DNA of 63,693 nt, filler included, from Octopus bimaculoides (lineage: Eukaryota), in assembly GCF_001194135.2 (NCBI RefSeq). It is 5 parts of 5 records of this genome, joined end to end, with 100 filler letters (N's around TTAATTAATTAA, not from the genome) between each part and the next. Parts side by side here need not be neighbours in the genome. Positions count along the whole stretch, not along the records: positions 30,897 to 49,841 come from NC_068982.1; positions 49,942 to 60,839 come from NC_069008.1; 3 more parts are not named here. One strand, 5' to 3'. Under the pieces are notes generated by a model, which saw only the letters and a program-made list of their open reading frames with translations, was not told the DNA's origin and ran no database searches. Position numbers and translations under genes: made by a program. Below are positions 38,211 through 50,326 of the stretch, one piece after another (position 1 is the first letter of the stretch; each line of letters starts with the position of its first letter).

Positions 38211-41200
38211 TATAATATATATATAAAAGCCCAATTAAAATAAGATATAACTGGACAAGTGGCGATTTCTTGAGAGGTAGCTCTAAAGTATTCAGTTGAA
38301 ATGGCTTGTCAAAAGTACTAGGGGAAATGAAACTTAAAATATTTTCCGTTATGTTGGCCGGTCACAGTAAGAAATATAAAGAACGAAATATTTGCTTGAA
38401 TTGACGTACAGCTGTTGCGTGTGCCTACTTTGCATCACTGGCCCGGGAAATTTCTACCTAAATTGAATGGAACTATAAAATAAGTACATTTTGCGTAAAG
38501 AACAGATATGTTTGGCAAACTGTAGAAGAACGAACCTTATGTCTGCAATTTTCTGAACAAACATCGTGGGATCAATATTTTCTAGAAATTTGTTTGGAGC
38601 ATGAACGTCGTTAACTCCTCGACTTTAACAGTTAGATTATCCAAATGACTGTGATCGTTTTTCACCAGCTTACTATATATTTACAGCGCGAAGCTGATGA
38701 CTGCATTATGTTATACGGTGTGCATCAAATGTATTAGAGAAATATTAGCTGGCAACCTAAATGTCTTTCACAGAATTCACAAAGGAATGCTAGCCAACAC
38801 AAATGTTATCGGTCACTAATGTCAAAGACTACTACCTGATTCATGAAATTTTACAAACATTCAACAAGTTATGGAGCTTGTACTGCAGCAAATTACAAAA
38901 TTCCTGACAACTGTGACATAGCGATAACACACGAATGATAAACATTTAGAAGCCCACTGGCATATTTCCTTATTTGTCCTGCATATATATTTCAAACAAA
39001 TTTCCAATTTCAGTCATTTTGTGAAACCTCCAGTTTTTATCGTCATTGTTATTTGATATGCAAGCATCATAAAGTTAATTGATCGTGTGTTAACGAGGAT
39101 ATCATTATTACTGAATATGACATTTCGATTTTTTTATGTTTCTGTATTATTCAATAACAGAAACCAATTAAGCACAGTAAATACATGACACCAAGGACAA
39201 TGGTAAATCATACATTAGCGACAATATATTAATCAAGTGCACCTTGGCAATATTAATAAAATAAGTTATAAAACAGAAGAAACATACGTTGCACACAATT
39301 ATTAAATAATATTAATAATATATTTAAAAACAACAAAATTAACAACTTCATCAAGAACAATATAGAAGCCTGGATCAAACCTAACATGATGAATGTAATT
39401 AATAATTTTATATGCAAACATAAGAGCGGTAGATTTCAATACTCAAACTCTTACTCTCAAAATATAATTCTGTCAATTCAAGTAAACAATGCAACATACT
39501 ACATTTCAGAACACAAACCAGATTTAAATAGTAAGGTTTAAATTCATAACCCAAAAATATACAGCTTTTGTATAGAAATCACTTCTAAGGACAACTAAAT
39601 GGTGAAAGGTGGATATGCCCACAGCAAAGTGCTGTTTCGAATTAAGAGAAACTCTGCAATTTTCATTCTTATATTTTAGCGCCACCTAATCTAATCCTCC
39701 CTAAATGTTTCGTATTTCAGCAAAAGAAAAAAGAAACGGATATTTCTGTGTATTGTCTCCATAAACGTTTCTGATTAAACAATTCCATGGACAGCTAAGT
39801 AATATACATTACGTAGTATACATGACTTGATCATTAGTAATACAGTAGTCTATAAGCATAATGCGACAATAATCTCCAATTGTTGAAAGAATTGTCTACC
39901 ATGATATAAACGTTGTATCATAAATCCAACTCCAAATGAAACAATCAGCCTCTATTAATATAAGCCAAACCATAGTGTCATTGAAATGGTGACATAGTGA
40001 GTAAGCAATCGCATAAGTAACTTCTAGCCATCAACTTTTAACGGTGATGAGTCAAGTATAACCAGGTCTTGTCCACAGCCATAACAGAGACACAACAGCA
40101 ACAAACTCACTGATACATGTAACTACAAAGCTGCAACTGCGAGAAAAACTTAATACGATTCAGCTTACCGCTCAGGAAATTCTTTGAAATATACAGGGTG
40201 AAGCAATCATTTATACTACTCAGCAAATNNNNNNNNNNNNNNNNNNNNNNNNNNNNNNNNNNNNNNNNNNNNNNNNNNNNNNNNNNNNNNNNNNNNNNNN
40301 NNNNNNNNNNNNNNNNNNNNNNNNNNNNNNNNNNNNNNNNNNNNNNNNNNNNNNNNNNNNNNNNNNNNNNNNNNNNNNNNNNNNNNNNNNNNNNNNNNNN
40401 NNNNNNNNNNNNNNNNNNNNNNNNNNNNNNNNNNNNNNNNNNNNNNNNNNNNNNNNNNNNNNNNNNNNNNNNNNNNNNNNNNNNNNNNNNNNNNNNNNNN
40501 NNNNNNNNNNNNNNNNNNNNNNNNNNNNNNNNNNNNNNNNNNNNNNNNNNNNNNNNNNNNNNNNNNNNNNNNNNNNNNNNNNNNNNNNNNNNNNNNNNNN
40601 NNNNNNNNNNNNNNNNNNNNNNNNNNNNNNNNNNNNNNNNNNNNNNNNNNNNNNNNNNNNNNNNNNNNNNNNNNNNNNNNNNNNNNNNNNNNNNNNNNNN
40701 NNNNNNNNNNNNNNNNNNNNNNNNNNNNNNNNNNNNNNNNNNNNNNNNNNNNNNNNNNNNNNNNNNNNNNNNNNNNNNNNNNNNNNNNNNNNNNNNNNNN
40801 NNNNNNNNNNNNNNNNNNNNNNNNNNNNNNNNNNNNNNNNNNNNNNNNNNNNNNNNNNNNNNNNNNNNNNNNTATATATATATATATATATATTGTTGCT
40901 ATTATGTTAAACTGTGGTATGTTTAAATTTGTCCAAATGCGTTTTTTTTTTTCAATATTTATTTTTGCTTGCAATAGCCGGTACTTGGTCAAACTATCGT
41001 ATCTCCAGTTGCTTCAGCTGCCAAGATCAAAAATTGTCAAAGTAGAGTGCAACGATTTTGCTATTAAATGGTGAAAGTATATTGTTTTTTTGTTTTCTAA
41101 AAAAGCAATGATGTGGACTTACGATACTTTTCCATAATAGCAACTATATATACTTATTACATGAGAGATACATACATACACACATATACACATNNNNNNN

Positions 41201-41484
41201 NNNCAGCCATAACAGAGACACAACAGCAACAAACTCACTGATACATGTAACTACAAAGCTGCAACTGCGAGAAAAACTTAATACGATTCAGCTTACCGCT
41301 CAGGAAATTCTTTGAAATATACAGGGTGAAGCAATCATTTATACTACTCAGCAAATACTTCCATAAAGACTATAATATTTGCAAATTATTTTATACGAAA
41401 TATTCAAATCTTGTCAGTATTTAATATCCTAATATCCTATAACTTTATCGTATTGTGCAGTTTGTGACGCCACATATATACATG

Positions 41485-41524
<40 letters not shown>

Positions 41525-42439
41525 NNNNNNNNNNNNNNNNNNNNNNNNNNNNNNNNNNNNNNNNNNNNNNNNNNNNNNNNNNNNNNNNNNNNNNNNNNNN
41601 NNNNNNNNNNNNNNNNNNNNNNNNNNNNNNNNNNNNNNNNNNNNNNNNNNNNNNNNNNNNNNNNNNNNNNNNNNNNNNNNNNNNNNNNNNNNNNNNNNNN
41701 NNNNNNNNNNNNNNNNNNNNNNNNNNNNNNNNNNNNNNNNNNNNNNNNNNNNNNNNNNNNNNNNNNNNNNNNNNNNNNNNNNNNNNNNNNNNNNNNNNNN
41801 NNNNNNNNNNNNNNNNNNNNNNNNNNNNNNNNNNNNNNNNNNNNNNNNNNNNNNNNNNNNNNNNNNNNNNNNNNNNNNNNNNNNNNNNNNNNNNNNNNNN
41901 NNNNNNNNNNNNNNNNNNNNNNNNNNNNNNNNNNNNNNNNNNNNNNNNNNNNNNNNNNNNNNNNNNNNNNNNNNNNNNNNNNNNNNNNNNNNNNNNNNNN
42001 NNNNNNNNNNNNNNNNNNNNNNNNNNNNNNNNNNNNNNNNNNNNNNNNNNNNNNNNNNNNNNNNNNNNNNNNNNNNNNNNNNNNNNNNNNNNNNNNNNNN
42101 NNNNNNNNNNNNNNNNNNNNNNNNNNNNNNNNNNNNNNNNNNNNNNNNNNNNNNNNNNNNNNNNNNNNNNNNNNNNNNNNNNNNNNNNNNNNNNNNNNNN
42201 NNNNNNNNNNNNNNNNNNNNNNNNNNNNNNNNNNNNNNNNNNNNNNNNNNNNNNNNNNNNNNNNNNNNNNNNNNNNNNNNNNNNNNNNGCTATTAAATGG
42301 TGAAAGTATATTGTTTTTTTGTTTTCTAAAAAAGCAATGATGTGGACTTACGATACTTTTCCATAATAGCAACTATATATACTTATTACATGAGAGATAC
42401 ATACATACACACATATACACATTCGTAAATGTATACTAC

Positions 42440-42618
42440 ACAGTTCTATAGTTAAGAGATGAGAAATTATGTACGTTATTTACATTTGACGGATATTTGT
42501 CCTCATCTTGTTTCTTGTTAACACATTTCGGGTGATATACCCTCCAAACTACATGAGGTGTCTTGGGGAAAATTTCGAACCTCTGTTCTCATTCCTAAGT
42601 TATTTTTCGATATTATTA

Positions 42619-42679
<61 letters not shown>

Positions 42680-42756
42680 TCAGGTCACTGCCTGGAATTG
42701 AGCTCGGAATTTTGGGGTTAGTAGCCCGCGCTCTTATCTACTACGCCATATGTCCG
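42440..42756 (-). mobile_element. tRNA-headed SINE-like element: tRNA head + (AAT)n + body with a decayed hammerhead-like motif
   Basis: Minus strand: tggcgtagtag (A box)...gagctcaattcc (B box) at 42756-42681, then (AAT)n at ~42678-42611, then gacac-CTCATGT-...-GAAA-TGTGTT at ~42565-42518. Confidence 0.55.
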
Positions 42757-43099
42757 TATACATGTATACATGTGTGTATATACATACACATACCACACTC
42801 ACATACATGCACAAACACTCATGTGCGCGCGCAAAACATAGATATATTTGCCTGATGTTGAGTAAGAGAGAGCGTGTACTCATGGTTTTGCAGGCCACAA
42901 TGCCATGCTGAGATCAATGTCATTAATGTTTCTCTTGACAATTTACATGTTAGCACGTGCAGAATCCCATGGGTTTTAATGTGGTATCTACGACGCAAGC
43001 GACAGTGCATTGATAGGAAAGTTAGGGATGAATGAACGGTTGCGTCATTTACATAAATTCTGGTCGTTGTTAGACGCTACAACTCTCATTCAATTATAA

Positions 43100-43620
43100 A
43101 AAAAAGAGAATTGGAAAGAACGTTGCAGTACACTGAGTGGCTTGAGCTTCGTCAACACACACTGCTAATGTGCTATTTAAGAGGATGTTAGTGATCTAAG
43201 AGATGAGAGCTGTGTGACCCCGTAGGCAAACAGTTCTTAAACGAAAGTTCTTGTCAAACACGCTGAGAAGCTTTGATGATGAGTATGATATTTCTCTTCC
43301 CTCAATTTCCCCAAGGTGAGGAACCTGTTCATGGATTAGAAAGGAGAGTAGGTTACTAGTTGATCTAGCTTTATGGAAAATGTACCGCTGGTCGATGAAA
43401 GATATACTGACAGATTGAAAGCTTTAGGAGTTCTCATTTCTAATGACAGCCTTCATTAACGTAGACTTGTTGAAGATGACGTGGTATGGCGATAGTTAGC
43501 AGATCAGATAGCTTATATTTTGAGAAATGAGAGACTCTGTAGCGGATTTCAGAGGATCACATTAGATTCTTGAGAAGTGTGGGACATTGAAGAGTTTGAA
43601 TTTACTCTAAGGCACAATAT
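43100..43620 (-). pseudogene. Degraded CR1/Jockey-like LINE reverse transcriptase fragment
   Basis: YRHTTSSS..MKAVIRNE..FIDQRYIFHKARSTSNLLSFLIH..VFDK (cf. NYRPI.LTS..SKVME..DHQYGFRKARSTGDLL..AFD). Confidence 0.55.
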
Positions 43621-43706
43621 GTTATGGGTTAATGGAAGGGACAATGTCAGATGGTAGCTTTGTTGGTGTTTGCGTTTGAAAGGCGTTTTGGTTAAGGCTT
43701 GCTTGG

Positions 43707-43755
<49 letters not shown>

Positions 43756-44149
43756 GTAGATATGTATATGTATATATGAGTATATATATATATANNNNNN
43801 NNNNNNNNNNNNNNNNNNNNNNNNNNNNNNNNNNNNNNNNNNNNNNNNNNNNNNNNNNNNNNNNNNNNNNNNNNNNNNNNNNNNNNNNNNNNNNNNNNNN
43901 NNNNNNNNNNNNNNNNNNNNNNNNNNNNNNNNNNNNNNNNNNNNNNNNNNNNNNNNNNNNNNNNNNNNNNNNNNNNNNNNNNNNNNNNNNNNNNNNNNNN
44001 NNNNNNNNNNNNNNNNNNNNNNNNNNNNNNNNNNNNNNNNNNNNNNNNNNNNNNNNNNNNNNNNNNNNNNNNNNNNNNNNNNNNNNNNNNNNNNNNNNNN
44101 NNNNNNNNNNNNNNNNNNNNNNNNNNNNNNNNNNNNNNNNNNNNNNNNN

Positions 44150-44192
<43 letters not shown>

Positions 44193-44953
44193 CGCGCGTG
44201 CGCGTGTGCGTGTGCGCGTTTGTGTGTTATGGATTCTCTCGTCGTGAACGACAAATGAGGGTTAAGTAAGATACAGCCGTAATCATGTTCTATGGACACG
44301 TATGTGTGTTTTGAAGCCTGCTGGTGCCTTGCAAACCTTTTGCTAAATGGAATATGTTGAGGATAATTTACTAGAAGTTTTGTTGAGTGTCACAAACACG
44401 CACAAACAAACACACATACACACGTATATACACACACGCATATACACACACATGCCTGTATGTATATGTGTGTGCGTGTGTGTATGCATTTGTTTGTGTG
44501 CATTTGCGTATGTGTGTCCGTATTGGCGAGGACTTAAAACTTCTGCAGTTTGCAATCCTGGTATGAATTTAGCTTAAAAGGGTAAATGGACAACTAAACT
44601 AATAGAGTGAGAACTCTAATTAAGAAGTCTGACATTTGTTGTCCTTTAACTTTGTGTCGAACAATTGCACTAACGTTCTGCAACCAGTATGTTCAAGAAG
44701 TGCGTCCTTCACCCCTGAAAAGAAGAGTGAGAAGTCTAACAGGCTAGTATACTTATTATAAATAAACACTTATAATTTGTAATCATGAGAAGAAGCCATT
44801 ACACACACATACGCACACATACACACACAAGCTGACATACAGAGGCCCGCACGCGCATATGCACACACGTGAACAGGCGTACACATATCTCTATAAACAT
44901 ACAGAAAATTATCATAAAAATGTACAGTATTATACACAGCGATGTAGATATAA

Positions 44954-46253
44954 TATGAGGTTGAGTAAAAAGTAAACAGCGTTTTGAAGCATGAAATTCA
45001 TCATGATATATTTCAACAATGCGGAAACTTTATTTATCAAAGTTAGTACCATTACGATCAACACATTTTTGACAACGAGATACAAATTTGTTTATTCCGG
45101 TAACATAAAAATCTAGAGTTCTGGAGTTGATGAACTCTTTGAACGTACCTTCAGCATCGGTTTTTTTTTTTTTTACTTATTCTCTCGCAGGAAGCCATAA
45201 AAGTGCATGATAAAGTGGTAGTCGGTAGGAGAAAGGTCTGGGGAATAAGTTGGGTGGGGAAGAACTTCGTAGACAAGTTGCCTCAAATTCTGGAGCGTCG
45301 TTAGTGAAACGTGTTGTCGAGCATTGTCATGAAGAATGATTGACCCTCTGTTTGACCAGTCTGGAAAGGAAGAGTAGCAGTTTTTCGTTCATTTGGACAA
45401 TTTCATGGCAATATGTTTATGCACAAATTGTTTTTCCGAGTTTTAAGAAGTTATATTGGATGAGTCCAGCAGTGCACCACGAAACAGTCACCATAACCTT
45501 CCTTTTGAAGAGACCGGATTTAGGGAAGGTTTTCGGTGCTTTATTTTGGTACAACCACTGCGAAGAACGTGTTTTAATATTGCACAGAATCCATTTTTCA
45601 TCGCAAGTTACAATACGGTCGAGAAATGGATCAGTCTGGTTAAGGAGAAGAGGCGACGAGAAAACTTCATATCTGCGCATTTTCTGATTTTCATTCAAAT
45701 CATCTGGTACCAATCTGTCGAGGTTTTTTGATTATCCCTTCCCATGCAAATGGTTGCAGGTAGTTTTCTTGCTAGTCTTATGTTATTTTGTCAGGTCATG
45801 TGTGGTCTTACGTGAATTTTTCTTAATAACTACCTTTAATTAACCGACATCGATGAGAGATTGGCGTCCGCTACACTCACGTACTTCAAAGCTCAGGTCT
45901 CCACTGAGAAATCGCTTAAACCATTTTCGATCTGACCACTCAAAGGTCATTCCCTCACCAGACGTTTCGTTGATATTCCGAGCAGTTTCAGTCGGTCACG
46001 TTTTTTTTGTTTTTTTTTTAAGTTGAATAGCAAAGTTGCTCGAGTATCGCACTTTGACAGTTCCATTTCAGTTGATTGTAACAACGGTGAAAAGAAGATC
46101 AATGTTAATTTATTGATGCATTTGAGCAAGTCCATCCCCGCATTGTCTGACAATTTCAGAAAAATGTTTAACAAACATTCAAAATTCTGCAAAATTCCGG
46201 TACAAATTCTTTGTGGTTCAAACCATTGCTAAGATTTTACTCAAGCTGTTATA
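44954..46253 (-). mobile_element. Mariner (Tc1/mariner) transposon relic, ~1.3 kb
   Basis: PFLDRIVTCDEKWILCN and KVMVTVSWCTAG motifs, with PSPDLSPTDYHF-like residues downstream. Partial TIRs tatgaggttgagtaaaa (44954) and ttttactcaagctgttata (46235-46253). Confidence 0.85.
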
Positions 46254-46439
46254 TATTTCTAGTTAAAAAGCAATTATGTATATTTTCTGAGCTACAAGAT
46301 GAACTGGCCCTGGTGCAGTCAAATGATGGTTAAAGAATGAGAGCACTAATTATATTAATTATATGATAGATAAGTTAATTTGTATAGCATTATAGATACA
46401 AATATGTATAATAGTGCACGTATAATATATATATATATA

Positions 46440-46640
46440 TGGGAGAATATACGAAAAAACAACAACAGACGAGGACAGGTGGCGTAAATAACAAAATGAT
46501 GTATTAGTATGACGCTCGGGAATACGGAAAGTCTTTGACGTTTCGAGGTACGCTCTTCAACAGAAAGAATACGGAGACAAGGAGAAAAACACGGAGAAAA
46601 AAATTGAATAGTGTTCAGTCAACGGTCAATCATAATAATA
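46440..46640 (-). mobile_element. Penelope-like element terminal repeat, copy 2
   Basis: Reverse complement of ~7975-8175. Confidence 0.65.
46532..46568 (-). ncRNA. Minimal hammerhead ribozyme motif, copy 2
   Basis: UCUUU-CUGUUGA-A-GAG-CGUAC-CUC-GAAAC-GUC/AAAGA. It differs from 8044-8080 by one base in helix II. Confidence 0.55.
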
Positions 46641-48166
46641 TATATACACTCAATCATATATATATATATATACACTCATGCATAAACACAGGCGTGTATN
46701 NNNNNNNNNNNNNNNNNNNNNNNNNNNNNNNNNNNNNNNNNNNNNNNNNNNNNNNNNNNNNNNNNNNNNNNNNNNNNNNNNNNNNNNNNNNNNNNNNNNN
46801 NNNNNNNNNNNNNNNNNNNNNNNNNNNNNNNNNNNNNNNNNNNNNNNNNNNNNNNNNNNNNNNNNNNNNNNNNNNNNNNNNNNNNNNNNNNNNNNNNNNN
46901 NNNNNNNNNNNNNNNNNNNNNNNNNNNNNNNNNNNNNNNNNNNNNNNNNNNNNNNNNNATACATATATTGTTTCTTGATTATATACATCAGAACGCCACA
47001 TATATTTACGTTTGTCCAACAGAACATTTCAGACTAACAATGAATATTTTACTGGCGGTGAAATATTTCAGATTGACAATAAAACTAGACTTTAGTAATG
47101 TGAAAATAAACATTATTCTTTCTTTGTTTACAAATTATTTGTCAGATTCTCCAGCATGAAGTATTGGACCGTCCAGACTTTTTTATTCTCTTCACTTGAC
47201 GCTACATTTCTGCCAGTGTATAACGGTAGGGCGTGTTTGGTTTGGTTTGAAGAAAACAAGTGAGGCATTAATTTATAGTTTGCTGCTCTGCGTAGATATC
47301 GTCTTCGCAGTCTACTGAATAAGTTGGTGGCATTAAGAAATATAACTTGGTAACTCCGGATTCAAGCAGCGTATAAAATTCTTACTTCAGCAATTTGACA
47401 CATACACACAGACACACACAGGCACACACACACATGCACACACACAAACACACACACACACACACGCAAACACACACATAAACACACACATTCAGATATA
47501 CACTCCAACAACAAGTTAGATATGTGTTACTCTAATATGTATGTATATATGATAATGTATATATGGTAAATGTACACATTTGATGATATATATGTGTGTG
47601 TATGTGTGTATGTGCGTTCATTAACATATAAATCTGTATCATCTATATGTGTACAAAAATACACAATTACACACTCACACAAAGACACATACGTGCGTAT
47701 ATACAAACAGACAGGCAATTTAGCAGACATACGGACAAATAGATAAATACATTCATATGTACGTACGTAGACAGGCACTCATGTTCTGTCAGCGGTTTCA
47801 ATCATTAGACAAGGCCCTTGGATACGTAGTCAGTGGCATAGACAATTCCTGTTCTAGTCATGCAAGTGCAGCGCTTATTTTCATTCTCTCCGACTGTTGA
47901 AACATTAACGTTCTGGGTTTGAAACAATGCGGACTAAAGAAAATATAATATCAAATTTTAGAACCCAAATCTGAACATGCACGGGTTTGTGTATGTGTGT
48001 ATAGATACATTGAAAGATAGACAGATGGATACATGTGTGTGTTTGTGTGTGTGTGTATGGATGGATGGATGTATCGATATAATTCCAAGAATCGTTTACA
48101 GATGCTGCTTCTGTTGAATTTTACTCGTCAATTTTTACTAGATAATCGAATGCTATAAATGGATAT

Positions 48167-49239
48167 TGTTACGAACGCCCGCACGCGAAGCACCTCTACG
48201 AAGAGAAAACTCGCGCGCGCGCGAACGTCGACGCTCAGTGAGTCGGGATATTCGCCACGACTAAGTCCAGGCCGGAGCACGTAACGAAGACAACAGGCAA
48301 AAGGAGGAGGAAGAAATAACACGGAGACCATACGTTGGGTAGCGGAACTAACTTTTTCTTCTTTTTAGCAAACAAAACATTACATCATCAATACATGGCA
48401 TAACATTGCGTAACAATAAATTCAATAGCATATAACAATAGCGCATGGAACATAATCAAAGGTTTACAATCATTACATAAGCAAGAGTTCGTACATCAAG
48501 TCCATTAAAAGTTCTTTTACTTCTTTGTTTTCTTTTCAGTTAAACAACATGTAACAAAGTTCTTTCTTTTTTGTTCTCTTTTAAGTTAACATCACAGTTA
48601 ACAGTTCTTTTAACATGTAACGACAAGTACATTTTTCTTTGAAGAATATTTACACAAACCTTCACCGTAATAATTTCCTTTCTTTCAAAACTCTCACTAT
48701 AATCCACAAGTAGTGACCAACTGACTACTACGATCTCTTGCCCGCCGCACAGTTCCATCTCTCTGATTCCTCTCTCTCTGAGACTCTATGCATTTCTGCT
48801 TACTCGTACCTGCTGACCATAGGCCCTCTCTCTCGACCTCTCTCTCTCAGACTTATCACTGTTCATCTTCGTTGGCTGCTAGCCTTCACAACAACTGCTG
48901 GACATTTTCACTGGCTGACGTTCTTCATCCAACTACTGGACATCTTCACTTCATCCAACTCTCAGGCCAACTGCTTGATGCCAACTTCTGCGGCCAACTC
49001 CTGTACCCAACTGCTTGATGCCCACTCCTATGGCCAACCGTTCGCGCCAATTCTTTGTTTATCACAAATACCGTAGCTTTACAGTGCTACCTTACCCCCT
49101 CCCAAAGCTGAGTCAGTCCAGTACAATTCCTCACTTGTTTTTCTGAACCTTTGGTGACCGGAAAGGGTCACCGATCACTCCTACGCTAAAAATAGCTGTA
49201 CTTGTTCACAAGACAAAGGAAATACCATTATCCCCAACA
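48167..49239. mobile_element. Solo LTR-like element, copy 1 (~1.07 kb)
   Basis: TGTTA...CAACA termini, no coding capacity, and a homologous copy at 59186-60057. No clear TSD. Confidence 0.6.
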
Positions 49240-49639
49240 ACCAGAATACGGTTTCAAACCCAGCTCGGGAGATAGGGATATAACATTAATTTGTATTTTC
49301 GGTGGTCGCATCAATACATTTATCCAAAGTGCCACATTGTGTGATTTAATTTGAGGGTACGGAAAAATGGAGCACGTTTTTAACAAAAATACGTATATAT
49401 CTAGCAGTAAGAGAAAAAATACCCATATATACTTATTAAATGAAACATATACGGCATATATTCGAGTTACATAGCATAATGTGGATGTATATCTATCATA
49501 AAATAACAATGACATATTACTTGTGAAGATAAAAATGCCCGGAAAGTAGGCAGGGTTATCATTTAAAAATGTTGAAGGAAAGAGAACGTGTACATTTTCT
49601 CATATTAATATACATATACATTAATATATGCATATATTC

Positions 49640-49800
49640 TTTTATTGTCTTATTTGTTTCACTCCGTTAACTGCAGCCATGCTGGAGCATTGTGTTGAAG
49701 GGTTTTAAGTGGTATTTTACCAAACTGCTAAGTTACGGGGTCATAAACGCACCAGCCTCGGTTGTCAAGCGATGGCGAGGGAACAAACGCAAACCGACTC
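49640..49800 (-). mobile_element. SINE family B, 3' half
   Basis: actgcagccatgctggagca...ccaaactgctaagttacggggtcataaacgcaccagcctcggttgtcaagcg. Confidence 0.75.
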
Positions 49801-49803
49801 ACG

Positions 49804-49841
<38 letters not shown>

Positions 49842-49941
49842 NNNNNNNNNNNNNNNNNNNNNNNNNNNNNNNNNNNNNNNNNNNNTTAATTAATTAANNN
49901 NNNNNNNNNNNNNNNNNNNNNNNNNNNNNNNNNNNNNNNNN
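49842..49941. other. Artificial scaffold/contig join spacer
   Basis: 44 N + TTAATTAATTAA + 44 N. Confidence 0.95.
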
Positions 49942-50326
49942 TGACCATACCAGTGCAGTCATCTCTCTTGCACACCACATTTGATGCTTCTTATGACCAA
50001 CTTTTTTCTCAGGGCACTTACAGTCTGTCATGTATGCACATGTGATGGTGGGGGGAGGGGCTGATGAAAGAAAGGCATCCAGCTGTAGCTAACTCTGCCC
50101 TAACATACTCTTACCACTCCCATGCAAATGTGAAAACATAGATATTAAAAGGATGAAGATGATGATGATGGATATTTATTAAAACAACCTCAGAGAAACT
50201 GAATGTAGCTAAATTGCATTTTTAATGCCCTCATTATGAAACTTGAAACATTCATTTTTAGCTTCATTAAATTCATCTAAGGTTTTCTATTACACATTCA
50301 CTAATGCATGAAACTTTTACTAATTA

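Noticed and set aside
40120-40215. Minus-strand TATAAA and GTAAGC donor followed by a CAG acceptor
   Set aside because: The implied intron is only ~32 nt and no ORF follows; no gene could be built.
40077-42423. Identical ~150-bp (40077-40228 / 41205-41355) and ~135-bp (41059-41193 / 42289-42423) direct repeats
   Set aside because: Exact identity with each copy abutting a gap edge is the signature of overlapping contig ends or uncollapsed haplotypes, not biology.
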